A stretch of 41,279 bases of DNA from NCBI GenBank assembly GCA_001643675.2, contig LSRY02000086.1, forward strand, positions 1 to 41,279, written 5' to 3'. Numbering within the stretch: the first letter of the stretch is position 1; the number at the start of each line of letters is the position of its first letter. Position numbers and translations under genes: made by a program. This document shows positions 1-13,795 of this stretch, piece by piece. Origin of the DNA: Monocercomonoides exilis PA203. Its lineage: Eukaryota > Protista > Preaxostyla. The notes beneath the pieces were generated by a model, which saw only the letters and a list, made by a program, of their open reading frames with translations, searched no databases and was not told where the DNA came from.

Positions 1-232
1 TGGAATTGTTTGCATTTCTTTTTTGGGCATTTCAATAAGATTGAAAGTGAAGACAGATGGTGAAGCTGATGAAAAGGAAAGAAAGGCAATAAAACGGAGA
101 ATATTTAAAAAGATGGAAGAAAATGGATATGAAGATACCATCGCAAGTTTCTTTGGAATATTTAATTTCCTCAACAAAAAACATTTTCCAGAAATATCAT
201 TGAATATTTCAGATTATTTTGTGAATGTTTGA
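1..232 (+). CDS. 3' end of a multicopy hypothetical protein family (C-terminus KRxIFxxMEExGYED...YFVNV); 5' part lies outside the window
   Basis: The peptide KRRIFKKMEENGYEDTIASF...ISDYFVNV* aligns with KRKIFEELEEEGYEDIITSF...VSVYFVNV* at 37503-38006. Confidence 0.7.
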   Translation, partial: GIVCISFLGISIRLKVKTDGEADEKERKAIKRRIFKKMEENGYEDTIASFFGIFNFLNKKHFPEISLNISDYFVNV

Positions 233-556
233 GAAATTGAAATACATTTCACTTTATAACTCAAAATCAATGAACTGTGAAATTATTTACCAGTTTTCCT
301 AATTCTCCATTATTTTATATTGGAAATTTCAGCTTTGAAAGCCCAGAAGTTTTTATTGAATGAGTTTAACGAATATTGGATTGTTTTTTGAAATTGTAAT
401 TTTTTTCTCAACACACATAGAAAAATTCAACAAGCTTGATTCTTTTGCCTTTCATTTTTTGTTTCTCATTTTAAATTATATTCTTCAAAACAAATGTTCG
501 TTTTTCTCGAAAATTCTTGGTATTCTTTGAAAAAGCACTTTCATCTATTTTGCAAA

Positions 557-1046
557 TCATAATTCCCATTTTTCTTGAGGGAATGAGTATTCTGCACAAA
601 AATAACAAAATGGAAATGCAAAAGATGAAGAGAATGTTAATGCAGATAAATTATAAATACACAAAAAATCTTGATAATCATTTATTAAACGAAAATCACC
701 AAATTCGCTGTGACAAATATTATGGAACAGTCCATTGATGCAATCTTCATATCCGTCTTCTTCCATCCTTTCAAATATCTTTATTTGAATGTCTTTTCTT
801 TCTTTTTCTTCGATTTTTCCTTACTCCTTTCTTTTCAGCCGCTTTGAAATCGCAGATGAAAATCTCAGGCATTCACATGTCATTTCATCACCCAACTTTG
901 TTTTCCGAATCTTCTCCAAAATAACATCGACAGCTACACTTTTCAACAAGTTACCAATTTTCACTGCTTTGTTAATCTCTTCTTCTCCAAAACAATAAAG
1001 GCATTGCAATTGTATTCCCATGGTATAATATCGAAAAGCACGAAAT
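557..1046 (-). pseudogene. Degenerate, 5'-truncated copy of the same EExGYED family
   Basis: LLKSVAVDVILEKI and MEEDGYEDCI match LLKSGAVDAVLEKI and LEEEGYEDII of the 37.5-kb copy. An in-frame stop at 821-823 separates the two ORF pieces. Confidence 0.75.
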
Positions 1047-1233
1047 ATATGGGTGATTATTTATTAAATCGTTTCATTTTTGGGAGTAGTTGACTTCATA
1101 TGTTTTGTTTTTCGAAGAGGAATTTTTCACACAAATACAAAAATAATGATAATTGTCAAAAACAATGACATTTGAAATAGTGTAAATGAAAAATTAACAA
1201 AAGAAAAAGTTGTATTTTTATCGTTCAATTATC

Positions 1234-1497
1234 AATATGGGTGATTATTTTTGAAATCATATCTTTTTTCGGGGTGTTGATTTTTCAAAAATTGTTTTCC
1301 TTTGGGAAGAGACTTTGTATTCAAATGCTAATATAATCACAACTATTCCAAAAGCTAATGCATAATCTGAAATAAAAATTAAGAGGTCTGGAATTTGTCT
1401 GTTCACTTTTCAGTGTTCATTGGTTGACATTTGAAAAAATTTTCAGTTCGAAAATTTTGAATGAAAAAATGTGATTTTAAAAATAATCGCCCATATT
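1234..1497. mobile_element. Possible short MITE or transposon-end remnant with GGGTGATTATTTT termini
   Basis: AATATGGGTGATTATTTTT (1234-1252) is the inverse of AAAAATAATCGCCCATATT (1479-1497) with one mismatch. The motif recurs near 1047, 1925, 1941 and, inverted, near 37052-37068. Confidence 0.45.
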
Positions 1498-4400
1498 CAA
1501 AGTGAATTCTCAAATTGAAATTTTTGATTGAGAAAATGTTAGTTCAAAAATCACCAGTCCACAAGGCAGCCAATGAGTCCATCAAGTTCATTTTTTCACA
1601 ATTTGCATAAGAATAAGCCATAAATAATATCCACCAGTTATTTCCTTCAAATACACATATTTATTCCAGCGTCTATTAAAAAGTGAGTGGAAAAAATAAG
1701 AAAAGCAAAATGAAAAAGAAATATTAACAAAAATTTTGGCTAAAGGAAATCGAAGAAAGCAAAGCCATTTCCACTTTTTTAGTCTCATCATTTCACTCTT
1801 TTCTCAAAACAACTTTCAGAAGATTTTGCACTCAAATTGAAAGCAAATTCTTTGAAACCCAACCGTTGAAAAATTATAGTTTTCACAAAGATCAGCAATA
1901 AATTATTCGTTGTTAACATCATTTGGGTGATTTTTGATGTGGGTGATTTTTTTGAAATCATAAAAAATAACGAAGTTTGATCATAAAAATTTTCATAAAG
2001 GGTGAGGTTGAAAAGATTAATTTTTTTGAAATTGCATGAAAATATTGATCGATATATTATAATTATTAATTATTTGTTGATTTTAATTTGTTTCCAATCG
2101 TTTTTATTTCAAATATCGAGAAATAAAAATAATTTCTAAAAAAACGAAAATTCGATAAACCTAATAAAACATTAGTTAACTGGTTTATAAAACAAAAAAC
2201 AATAATAACAATAAGTTGTCAATCAATTTTTATATAAAAATTAATTTTTTGATGTTATTGCAAAGAAATTTTTAAATTAATTTTGAAGATCATAAAACAT
2301 TTGTTGAATTTTATCAATTCATATTAACACTTACGCAAAAATATAATAGTAACATAAGACACTCATCAAGTTATCAACTGTTTGTTGATAAATTTGTTTG
2401 CAAACAAATAATCTTAGAAATATTTAATTATTATCTAAATATCAAACAAAGTTTAAGATAAATAAAGAAAATATTAAAAATGAAAAGAAACTCGTCAATT
2501 TTTGCTTTTTCCACTAATAAAGCTTTTATCGCACGAACATCTTCATTTTATCTTCCTCTCTTTGTTTCTCCTCTGATTCTCTCTATCTCCTTCTCATCAA
2601 TAATATGTCATCCAGTTATCTGCCTCCTTCGATGCTCTGTTTTTGTCCGCCTGTTCGTTTTGAGAACAGATTGGTTAATAACCAGTTTCACATGAAAGGA
2701 TATGAACAACAAAATGGTGCATGAATATAAAGCGCTGAACCATTGTTCTAGTATCCTTGTAGCGCCCATTTCTCCATATCGCTTCTGCATCCCCTTCCGC
2801 GGAACTCGCATCCCTCCGTTCACTTTCTCTTTGCTCGCTGGAGTTGACGTTGTGTCCATCTGCCCGTCTGTTCTGGCTGACTCCGATGATTTTGGGCTAC
2901 CTGCTCCAGGATCCAGAAAAGTCTTCGCTTTGGACTCTGCCTGCGTCACCTTTCACCGCGCTCACCAGATATTCGTTAACCAGCACACTGGCTTCTCTTT
3001 CCATCAGTGCGGCTCCCCGCTTTCCTCCGCGCTTCTCTCTCCACAGTCGTCCACCACATCTCCCCTTCCATCGGCAACATCCTCTGGATCTGATGCTCCT
3101 CCTTCTTCGACGCCCCGACCTCCCTTGCAAACATCCGATCCGAGTTCGTACAGTAGAGTCTTATTCTTGTTCTTTTAAACATTATCAGTTGGCTACAGAT
3201 GCATTTCTCAATGGCTGTATCATCCTTAAAGTTATTCCTCCCTCTATTTCTCCCTTCGCATCCCTCCTCTTTTCTCTTTCTTTCCATCCTTTCCTTCTTC
3301 CTTCTCTCCTTCTCTCTCATCCTCCTTGCCCAGATCTCATCCTCTCTCATTTCCAGTACTTTCATTCCTTTCTCAGTTAACCTCAGCTCCGGAGGGCATT
3401 TCAGTATGAGGCCAAAATCCCTTCTTCTTCATAGCACACAAGCTTCTCAATGCACCATCCATCAACAGGCAGAAGCAATACGTTGTCTTCCATTGTGCTT
3501 CTCCGCCTGCATGTCTCAGCACATCCGACCCAGTGGTGGAGAAGAGAAGGAAGTGTGAAATGGAGCGAGCACTGTATTTCTTGAAGAACAGAAGAAGAAG
3601 AGGAAGATGAAGAAAACGAAGAAGAAGAAGAATACATAAGTGAGTCTGAATGTGGAGACGATGTTGAAATAGTCAGACGAATTTATACTGAAGAAGATGG
3701 AAATAATTTTCCATCTGGTTTAGAAAAGGCTTTTGATGAGAAGTGATGATACCATTTGGCTGATTTTCTGCATCATCTTCGTTTCCCTCATGTGTCGTTT
3801 CAGGAGAACTGTGAGTTTGTGCTATTTTGGCTTCAATTTCGCTTTTTTTTTCATTTCCTTTCTCAGATTTCTTTTTGAAGAAATAGAATGGGAGAGCAGG
3901 ATTGATGAAAATGGAGAAGAGGACAATGAAGATGAAGATGGATATGAAAAAGCAGTGGAAGAAGATGACATCAAAGAAGAAGGTGATCGAGACGAGTTCC
4001 GCTTCTAACTTGCTTCCGGCTTCCTCTTTTGTTTTTGAATTCAGCTGCATTTTGCGTGAGAGTTGAGAATGGATATATTATAGAGATCGGTTTGAGGGTG
4101 TTGCTGCTGTGTTTTTTTATTTTTTTTTATTTTATTTTATTTTATTTTTTTTTTTTTTTTGATTGTGTGTGAGTGGTTGGCGGCAATGAAGAAATTGTTT
4201 GAAAACAGATGCATTTTGAGAGAATGATAAGGAAGATGAACCAGAAGATGAAGAAAAATAAATGATGATGATGTAGCTGTAATAGCTTTTGAATGAAGAG
4301 ATATGGCCGATACTGATGATCTGGGTTTTGAATGAGATGACTTTGAGGAATGAGTTTGTAAAAATGCAAAGAAGAGGAGGATGAAGAAGCAAAAGTGTTT

Positions 4401-4772
4401 GGAGTTGACAGAGAAGGATGTGGAACTTCAACTTCACTTCTCTAAGCAGAAGAATCCGAAGAAGGAGGAGAAGAAGAAGCTTCTTTCATGCTTTTTTGCT
4501 GTGTTTGACGATTATCTTGTGAAATACAAAGAAAACTTACAAATAGTGAGTTTTTCTTATAAGGATCAGAAGAAGAAAAATAATAAGTTTTGAAATCGAA
4601 CATCTTAAAACGCATTCGCATTTTCACTTCGCCTTGGCTCCGAATGTTTTTGTTTTTTTGGAACATAATTTTCATTTTGCTTTTCTTTTTATTCTTCTTT
4701 TGATGTTCTTTTGAAGGAGACATGTTTTCTGAAATATTATCTTCTCCTTTTTCTATAGACAGAAATGTGATT

Positions 4773-7378
4773 TTATTCTGAATGACATCTGCAAAGCTTC
4801 CATATTGAACAGCTTGCCAGAAAAATTATTGATCTTTTCGAATCGACAGCGCCTTCATTATCCAAACAAACTGGAGGCGATTCGAAATGCTCCTTCATCA
4901 ACACCTTCCTCTTGTTCACTTCGCTTTTGAAGTTCGATTCGCTTTTCTGAATTTTCTTCTTCTTCAAATACGAGACAAACGCATTTCTCTTCTTCTCAGC
5001 CTTCTCCAGCGCTTTCCTCTGCTCGTCTTCGAGCTTTTCCCGCTCTTTCTCTGAGTTCTCATTCTCTTCCTCCAGCTGCTCCTTTGTCTCCTTCTCTGCC
5101 TCTTCCTTCTGTATCTTCTCTATCTTCCACTGTGTCGCTTTCTCTTTCTCAATTCTATCGATGCGGCTTGGAATAGCCGACTATATAGGTTCAGGAAAGC
5201 ACAATGACGAAGAAGAAACGGGATGCTAAATTTGATTGGTGAAAGTTGGGGTATTGGTGGAAAAAGGAGATATAGATAACTTTGAAAAAGGAGGTGAAAG
5301 TGATGGTGTTGAAGGAGGTAAAGCATTATCAATATGATTGTAATCAGATGGAATTTGTGAGGATAGAGAAGAAGAAGATAAGATGATTATAAAGAAGAGG
5401 AGAAAGGAGAAGAAGAGAATGATGCTGATGTAGTTGGCTGAGGAGTTGATTGAAGAGTATGATTTGGTCCATTTAACGTTGTGTTAATAGCATTTTGCTG
5501 GTTAAAAGGCAAGTTTTTCATTCTTTCTGCTTCTCTTTCTCTTTCTTCTCTCAGCTTCCTTTCTTTTATTCACCTCAATCTTTCATCAAATTTCTGTCTC
5601 ACCTTCATTCATTGCTCCTTTCACCACATCCACATCTTTCATTTCCTCCTCAAACAACTTGTCATCTGCACGCGCAATATCACCAGCTGACATCAGAGTC
5701 AGTATCCTTTCATGTGTCAGCAACGAATACAGCGAAAGAAAATCTGTATTCTTTTTCTCCTCTTTCCTCCTCTTCATCCCTACCAATGAAGCATGAATGC
5801 CGCTTCGTGGATCCTTTGCGTATTTGTTGGAACTTTGTGGAGGGATCAATAAAGAAATCTGAGGGATAGACAAAGCAGAGGATGATGATTGAGAAACAGA
5901 TGGGGTCAAAGCTTTGTTAGCAGTTGTATTCTTTGACATAAAGAAATCATCATCTTCTTCTTGAAGCAGAACCATGTTATCTTTGCTGCATTTCTTCCTT
6001 CAACCTGCCATGTTTTTTGTCTTTTCCTTTGGATCACTGAAAAACGTTTTGAAGCGCTGTGAATAAGAAGAAAATGATGATGAAATCACTGAATATGTGT
6101 CACGAGCATGCCTATCTTTCAACGAAGCTGATTTCGACACTTCAGACTCACTTCCGTTCAAAACACTCTGCTCGCTTTTCCTTCTCTCTTCTTCCTTTTT
6201 GTCTTCGACAATAAATTGCCCCTTTCCTCTTATATTTTTCCTCATTGCATTCTCCCCTGCTGCTTCTGCTTCCTGCTTTTTGACAATTGAACATTAAAAC
6301 TCTTTCTCTGAAACGACTTTTCTAGACAATTTTATTCTTCGAAGTATAAAACTCTAAATGATGTTCTGCTTCCATCAAATGACTCCAAATGGATCATTCT
6401 ATCAACTTTTCTATTTGAAGTTCCATCTTTCTCTATCTTTTAATATTTCTCATGTTCAATTCTTTTCCCTCTTTCTCTTCCTCTTTCATTCATTTGTTCA
6501 TTCTCGTTCATATTCTTCATTTTCTTCCTGTTGACCTCTTTTTCTTTTCTTCCCAGCATCTGCCTGAAGAACTCCACCTCAAACAAAAGGGCATCCGCAT
6601 AACAGAAGAACGATGGATGGAAAAGCGGTGTTAACGAAGGAGAAGAACACATCAGAGTGAATTGGTGAGTGTGTGGGTGTGTTATAAAAGAAGGCGCGCG
6701 TTTTGATGAGTGAGGGAGTTGAGAAAGAGGCAGCAGAGACAAGGGTGGAGTCGTGAGATGGAAAGCAGAGAGGAAGAAGAGGAGAAAATGAATTGTTTGT
6801 GTGATTGAACTGAGCCATGGCTCGCTGCTGTCAAAGGAAGTTTTCACAGAGGAAGCTGAAGAAGATGTAAATAAAGATGTTGCTGTTGGGTTTGGAAAAA
6901 TAGAAGCAGAACTTGATGATGATGAAAAGAAAGAAGATTCATTTAAAGTCATTTCAAATGTTGTTGTTTGAGCATTTGCTGCTTGATAAATCTGTTTGTT
7001 TTTGTGGAAATACGGATGAATAGCGATTGTGGGGACGATCATTCCTCCTCTCTCTTTCCTCTCCCGCTCTTCTTCTGCCCTTTCTTCTTCAAAGTCATCC
7101 AAGTCCAAAATGTCGTATCGAGTGCCTGAAACATCATAGCTCAGTTCGTTGAGCCTTCCTTCTCCCCCAAAAGACGATGCAGAAATCGGAGAATGGCGCA
7201 CCAGCGAAGAACGAGGCGATGAGTTTTCAGTCAATTCCTTGTCCTCCTTTGCATGTTTTGTCTTTGATATTTTGTCTTTGTTCTCTGTCAGCTTTTTCAG
7301 CCTCTCTCTTTCTGAGATCAGATCCTCCAGCGACTCAAAGCAGATGACCATTTCTCTGCCCCACTTCACTCCACCCAC
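4773..7378 (-). pseudogene. Fragmented S-rich/EK-rich hypothetical protein coding sequence
   Basis: Chain of same-strand ORFs (6440-7378, 6000-6245, 5586-5975, 4773-4967) with protein-like composition. No recognisable domain, and continuity is unproven. Confidence 0.35.
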
Positions 7379-7439
7379 ATAATTGAATGAAACATCAATG
7401 TACGGAGTGAATAAGGCATTTTGCGAAGAAATCTGTGAT

Positions 7440-10400
7440 TGTTCTGTTTCAGAAGAAAAAAAGGAAGAAGAAGAGGAAGAAGAATTGGAAGGATAAGAAG
7501 AAATTGAAGATGAAACAGAAGAAGGAGAACAAGAAGATGAAAATGCAGAGGAAAAGAGATAAACCTGAGGTATATCATGAGGAGCAAAAGAGTTGGAGTG
7601 ATGAAGATGGAGATGATGACTTCATTTTCGATGAGAAAGATGAAAAAGATGAGAAGAATTGGAAGAAGGAAGGAAGAAATCAGTTGTGGTGTTGTTGGGG
7701 TATTTGTATGAGGAAGAAGGATGGGAATAAATGGAAAAAGAAGAAGTAGAAGCAGAAGAAGAAGATCATAACGAAGATGAAATTCCTGAAATTCCTTGAT
7801 ATTCTCCATGCTTCTTCTGTTTGTTTGCATCATCATTCATTCTGTTTGAAGATAAATTGAAATTCTGCTTGTCTGGAGAAGGAAGAAGATGTGTTTCTTC
7901 TCTTTGAAAAGAGCGATGGGGAAAGGAAAAGATATTGGATTTGAGACGATCAGATGAAGAGGAGGAAGAAGATGATGAGGAAGATGATAAAGAAGAAGAA
8001 GAAGAAGAAGAAGAAGAAGAATTTAATTAAGCAGAAGGAGAAAGAGAAGAAAAGGAAGAAGAAGAAGATAATGAAATATGAAGGGAATCTTGATTTGTAT
8101 TATTTATTGAAGTGACAGAAGAAGAAGAATTTAATGGAGAAGGAGAAGAAGAGGGAGAAAGAGAAAGAGAAGAGGAGGAGGAGGAAGAAGAAATAAAAGA
8201 GAAGGAAGAGAAGGAAGAAGAGAAGAAGAAAGAAAAAGAATAATTCCATTTGAAATTCAAAATTTTAATATAACATTTTGGAAGATGTTTATTTCATTGG
8301 ATGAGAGAGAAAGAGAAAGAGAAGGAGAAGGAGAAGGAGAAGAAGAAGAAGAAGGAGAAGGAGAAGGAGAAGGAGAAAGAGAAGGAGAAAGAGAAAGAGA
8401 AAGAGAAAGGAAGGGAAGGAAAGGAAGAAGAAAAGGAAGAAAGAGAAGAGAAAATTAAAGAAGAAGAAATAAAAGAAGAAGAAGAAGAAGAATATCAAAG
8501 AGGATTTATATTGGAAGATGTGGCAAAGGACAATGAATTATCAAATGAAGAAAGAAGAAAGAAAGAAGGAGAAAGAGAAGAAGAAGGAAACAAAAAAGGA
8601 GAAAGAAAAGAAGAAGAAGAAATAAACAATGAGAAAGAGGAAAATGTTTTGTTTTGTATAAAAACTGGATTTAAACTAGATGAAGATGAAGAAAGTGAAG
8701 AAGCTAACGAGAAAGAAGAGAAAGAAGAGAAAGAGAAAGAAGAGAAAGAGAAAGAAGAGAAAGAAGAAGAAGAAGAGAAAGAGAAAGAAATAAAAGAAGA
8801 ACTAAAAGAGAATAATAATAATAACATCAGTTATGATAAAGAAATGATTGACTGTTATTCAACACCAATGGAATTGATGGAGAGCATAGAAAAGATAGCT
8901 GAAGAGAGGAGGAGGAGGAGAAGAAGGAGAGAGAGAAATATTGAAGATAAACCAATTGAAAAGAAAGAAGAAGAGGAAGAAGAAGAAATGAAGATAGAGA
9001 AGAAGGAAGAGAAGAAGGAAGAGGAGAAAGATGAAATAAAGAAAGAAATGAAGAAAGAAAGTGAAAAAGAAGAAGATAAAAATGAAAAGAAGAAGAAGGA
9101 AAAGAAGGGTAACAACGTCATCAAGAATGAAATAGAATCAACAAAACAAGTTACAAAGAAGAAAATCAAAGAAGAAGAGAAAGAAGAGAAAGAAGAGAAA
9201 GAAGAGAAAAAGGAGAAAGAAGAGGAGATTGAAAAGAAATTGGAGAAATTAGAGAAGTATTTGAAAGAAGAAGAAGAAAACAAAAAGAAGAAAGCGGAAG
9301 AAGAAAGAGAAAGAGAAAGAGAAAGAGAAGAAGAAGAAGAGAAGAAGAAGAAGATAAAAGAGGAGAAGAAAAAGCAAATGATGGAGAGGAAGAAGAAGAT
9401 AATGGAGCAGCAGATGAAGAAAGAGGAAGAGAGGAGGAAGAAAAGAAAAGAAGAAGCAGAAACAAAAGAAAAGAAATTGAAGAAATCCAAAGAAGAAATG
9501 AAGAAATGTATAGAAAACAAAGAGAAGAGCTAGAAATGAAGCTGAAAGAAGAAGAAGAGAAGAAAAGGAGAATTATAGAAGAAAGAAAGAAAGCAATAGA
9601 AGAAGAGAAGAAGAAGAAAGAATTTAGAGAGAAAGAGAAGAAAGAGAATGAGAAGATGAAGAGAATGGAAGATATTTGTGTGGAAAGGATGAAGAAGAGG
9701 AAGAAAAGAGAAGAAGAAAGAAGAGAAGAAGAAGAAAGAAGAAGAATGTTTGAAGAAGAAGCAAGAAGTGCATTAGAGATGGAGAGAAGAAGAAGAAAGG
9801 AAGAAGAGAAGAAGAAGAGAGAAAGAGAAGAAATGAAGAAAGAAGATGAGAATGAGAAGATGAGAAGGAAGAGAGAGAAATGAAGAAGAAAGAAGAAGAA
9901 AAGAAGAAGAAGAAGAAAGAAGAAGAAGAAGAAAGAAAGAGAAGAAAGAGAAGAAGAAGAAGAAGAAGAAGAAGAAGAGAAGAAGAGAAGAAGAGAGAAA
10001 AAGAAGAAAGAAAGAAGAAGAGAGAAGAAGAGAGAAAGAGAAGAGAAGAAGAAGAAGAAGAGAAGGAGAAAAGAGAGAAAGAGAAAGAAGAAGAAGAAGA
10101 GAAGAGAAGAGAAAGAAGAAGAAAGGAAGAAGAAAGAAGAAGAGAAGAAAGAAAGAAGAGGAAGAAGAGGAAGAAGAAAGAAGAGGAAGAAGAGAGGAAG
10201 AAGAAGAAGAGGAAGAAGATGATGAAGAAAATGAGAATAGAAGAATATGAAGAAGAAGAAGAAGAAGATATGAATTGGAAGAAGAAGATGATGATGAAGA
10301 AGAATAGAGAGGAGGAGGAGGGAGGAGGGAGGAGGAGGAGGAGGAGGAGGAGGAGGAGGAAGAAGAAGAAGAAGAAGAAGAAGAAGAAGAAGAAAATGAT

Positions 10401-11335
10401 GAAAGAAAGAAGGAGAAGGAAGAGAAGGAGAAGAAGAAGAAGAAAGTGAAGAAGCAGAATGATTCAGAAGTGAATGAGTTTGATTTTGGGTTTGAAATGA
10501 ATGAAGAAGAAGGAGAAAGAAGAAAGAGAAGAAAGAGAAGAAGAAAAAAAAATACCTGAAATTCCATCATATTCTTCATCAGAAGAAGAAGATAATGAAA
10601 AGAAAATGAATGAAGAAGAAGAAGAAGAAGAAGAGAGAGAAAGAAAAGAAGAGAAAGAGAAAGAGAAAGAGAAAGAGAAAGAGAAAGAAGAAGAAGAAGA
10701 AGAAGAAGAAATGAAGAAGAAGATGAATGGAGAAGGAATAATTGAATATTCGATAGAAGAAATGAAAAAAGAACAAGAAGAAAGAAGAAGAGAAATAAAA
10801 ATGCATTTGAAGAAGAGAAGGAGAAAGAGGAAGAGAAGGAAAAGAAAGAGAAAGAGAAGAAAGAGAAAAGAAGAAAGAATTGAGAGAAAGTTTGAAGAAA
10901 GAAGAAGAAGGAGAAGAAGAAGAGAAGAAGAGAAAGAAGAGGAAGAAGAGGAAGAAGAGGAAGAAGAGGAAGAAGAGGAGGAAGAAGAAGATTTAGAGGA
11001 AGAAGATGATGACATTGAAAATGATGAATATGAATATGAAGAAGAAGAAGAAGAAGAAGATGAATTGAAGAAGAAGAGGATGATGAGGAGGAGGAGGGAG
11101 GAGGGAGGAGGGAGGAGGAGGAGGAGGAGGAGGAGGAGGAGGAGGAAGAGGAAGAAGAAGAAGAAGAAGAAGAAGAAGAAGAAAAGAAGAAGAAGAAGAA
11201 GATGTTGATGGAGTTGAAGAAGAAGAGGAAGAGGAGGAGGAGGAGGAAGAGGAAGTAGTAGTAGTAGTAGAAGAAGAAGAAGAAGAAGAAGAGGAAGAGG
11301 AAGAGGAAGAGGAAGAGGAAGAAGAAGAAGAAGAT
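7440..11335 (+). repeat. ~3.9-kb polypurine low-complexity tract with (GAA)n, (GGA)n and (GAGAAA)n microsatellites
   Basis: The + strand is overwhelmingly A/G, with long uninterrupted purine runs such as 9882-10218. Approximately 10240-10395 is duplicated at 11030-11205. Confidence 0.9.
8301..11208 (+). CDS. Probable Glu/Lys/Arg-rich coiled-coil protein, broken by frameshifts
   Basis: Successive E/K-rich ORFs (8301-9533, 9506-9883, 10501-11208) include non-repetitive islands such as YDKEMIDCYSTPMELMESIEKIAEE. Frame changes fall in microsatellites. Confidence 0.4.
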
Positions 11336-13795
11336 TGGTGGAAGTGAAAGGAGGTTTTGCAAAGAAAGTGATTGAAGTGCATTTGAACATGTTTCATCTG
11401 CTGCTTCTTTCTCCTCATCCGAAGATGATGAAGCGAAAGAGCAAGATATTTGGACATAGCAACATTCAGTTGTTTCACAATCAACTGGCAATGATGACGA
11501 TTAAAAGGAAGATGATATCAAAGATGATGCTAATTCTTGATACTCCGTTCTTTCAGCAGTTGCTCCTTCAAATTGTTCAGATTTGGACGAATAAATTTGG
11601 TCATCCAATGGTCCTTCTAAAGATTCTGAGGTTTTCGTGTTTGCATATCCTTCTCAGCGTCTTCTTCATTCTCTTTCACTCTCACTCTCTTCTTCTTCGT
11701 TTTCTTTTCTGACTTTTTCAAGTTCTTTGTTAATTTCTTTTCTTAATTCCTTTTATAACATCCTTTCATCTGGTTTGATTGCAATTCACCTCAATCTCCC
11801 TCATTTCCTCGACCTCCTTCATCTTCCAAATCATCATTTCACCTCTTCATTTTCTCCTCTTTCTATCCCTTTCGATCTGAGCACTCAACAAAACGAATCA
11901 GAATTCTTGTGATTATTAAAAAATAAGGTTCATCTTTCCCTTTTGCCTCTGGCTCAACAGAACTCTTCATCTGATGTCCAGCCCTTCTTCTGTGTGGATG
12001 AAGACATGTAGAATAGGAAGAAAGCAAACCAAGTGGAAAAGCAGAGAAAAGAGAAGAAGAAGAAGAATGGGTAGGTTGCTGTTTATTCTGTGCCTTTGAA
12101 TGAATACGGAGTTGCAGTTGAGAAAAGCAGAAGAGGGAAAATGAGTTTCTGGAAGCTGAGTAAAATCGAAGTTGGAAATTTGCACAAAGTTGCCTTTTTG
12201 TCACTTTATGAATTAATCAAACGAAAATGCCTCCGTTGCAGTCATTTGTTTCCGTCTTTCATTCGCCTCGCTTTATCTTCTTTTAAGCTGTTTTTCTTTC
12301 TGTTCTCAAAAAGAAATGAGATATTTTCCTTTATATTTTCTGCAGTTGCACCTATTTTCAGCTTGCAATCACGGTGCAGGCGGAGGAACGAACGAATAAT
12401 AAACAGCACTAGCAGATACCAATAAAATTCGCGGTTGATAATAACTTCTGGTATTTTTATAGGAAATTGTATTGCCGTTTAAAAAAATACAGTTGTTGAT
12501 GTAATAGATGCTTCTGCTTTTGCTTCTGCTGTTTCGATCGTGTTGGGAGTGATTTTTCCTGATCGTTCGTTTTGTGTTCTCGTAATCATCGGAATCATCA
12601 CACATGGAGTTTCTTTCTTCTTCCATTTAATCATATTTCATTTCCTTATCTTCTTCATTCATTTCTCCTACTCTTTCTATTTCTCTCCCTTTTCTCAGAG
12701 AAAATTCTTGATCCTTCATCTTCATCTGCAAATTCAGTTGTTCTTCATTTGATCGATTGAACGGCAAATGGGGAGATCTGAACGTAAAACAACACATTGC
12801 TTCAAATTCAGTCGAAATTTTCAATACAAATTGGATAATGCATCAGAGATGATGATATAATGGAATGGGATGTGGAAGAAGAAGACGAAGATTAAGAAGA
12901 AGAAGAAGAAGAAGATATTGAAGTTTCAAATGCCATCTGATATTCAATGTCTGCCTCCTGCTTCAAATGTCCAACAAATTGATTTGCAAATCAAATTGTT
13001 ATTCCATCAGAACATGACAATAATTCTCCAAAAAATGCTCAATGTGAAGAAAGTGCCAAATCCATTTCTGTGAAAGTGACTTGTCTCTCTTTTAGGTTGT
13101 ATCGACTTTCTTGTCTTCTCTGTGTTACTTTTTTATTCTTTAGCCATCTTCTCTTTGTTTCATTCATCTGTGTTGAGTAAAAGGTAATTAACATTTTCCA
13201 AAAAAGAATCTCCAAAAGCAATATCTTTTCGAGCAATGTTCAAAAAAAATGAATTTTTATCAGACAAGCTCAGTTTTCGCTCATTCCGTATCCGAAAAAA
13301 TAGAAAGACGAAGACGATGCAGAAGAAGATTGCCAAATACGGCTGTCAGCAATAAAATATAATGAAGAAGATGAGCAGATATTGTGAATAAATTCCTCTC
13401 TCTGTTGGAGTGGCTCGTAGGGAAGTTGAGCCAAATGAGAAGAAGTCAGCAGCATTTCCAGCAGAATATTCAGCAAAACGAGAATCACCAAAATTAACAG
13501 TGCTATCAGAAAAAACATTTTGTGTGTTGAATGAAACAATCATTGGCCATTGAAATGTTTCATTTGTGTAAGGCTCTCTTGTTGTTCAACAAATCCATAT
13601 CAATAATTTTGTTGAATAATCTGAGGCTGAAAATGAATGATGAATTCATAAAATTTTCCGCTTGAACACGCCTTTATGTATATAATCATTTTTGAAAGTT
13701 ATTGTTCTCCACACAAACAAAAAATATGGAAAAAAAAGTTCTTTATTTGAAAAATAAAAAATATAACGATCAAATCTGGCTTTTGTTTATCAAAA

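Noticed and set aside
2608-3558. Overlapping GC-richer ORFs as a defined gene
   Set aside because: Several frames on both strands are open, and no motif identifies a strand or product.
9773-11491. Long minus-strand Leu/Phe/Ser ORFs (572 aa, 308 aa, 221 aa) as membrane proteins
   Set aside because: They are shadow ORFs: the reverse complement of a polypurine tract almost never contains stop codons.
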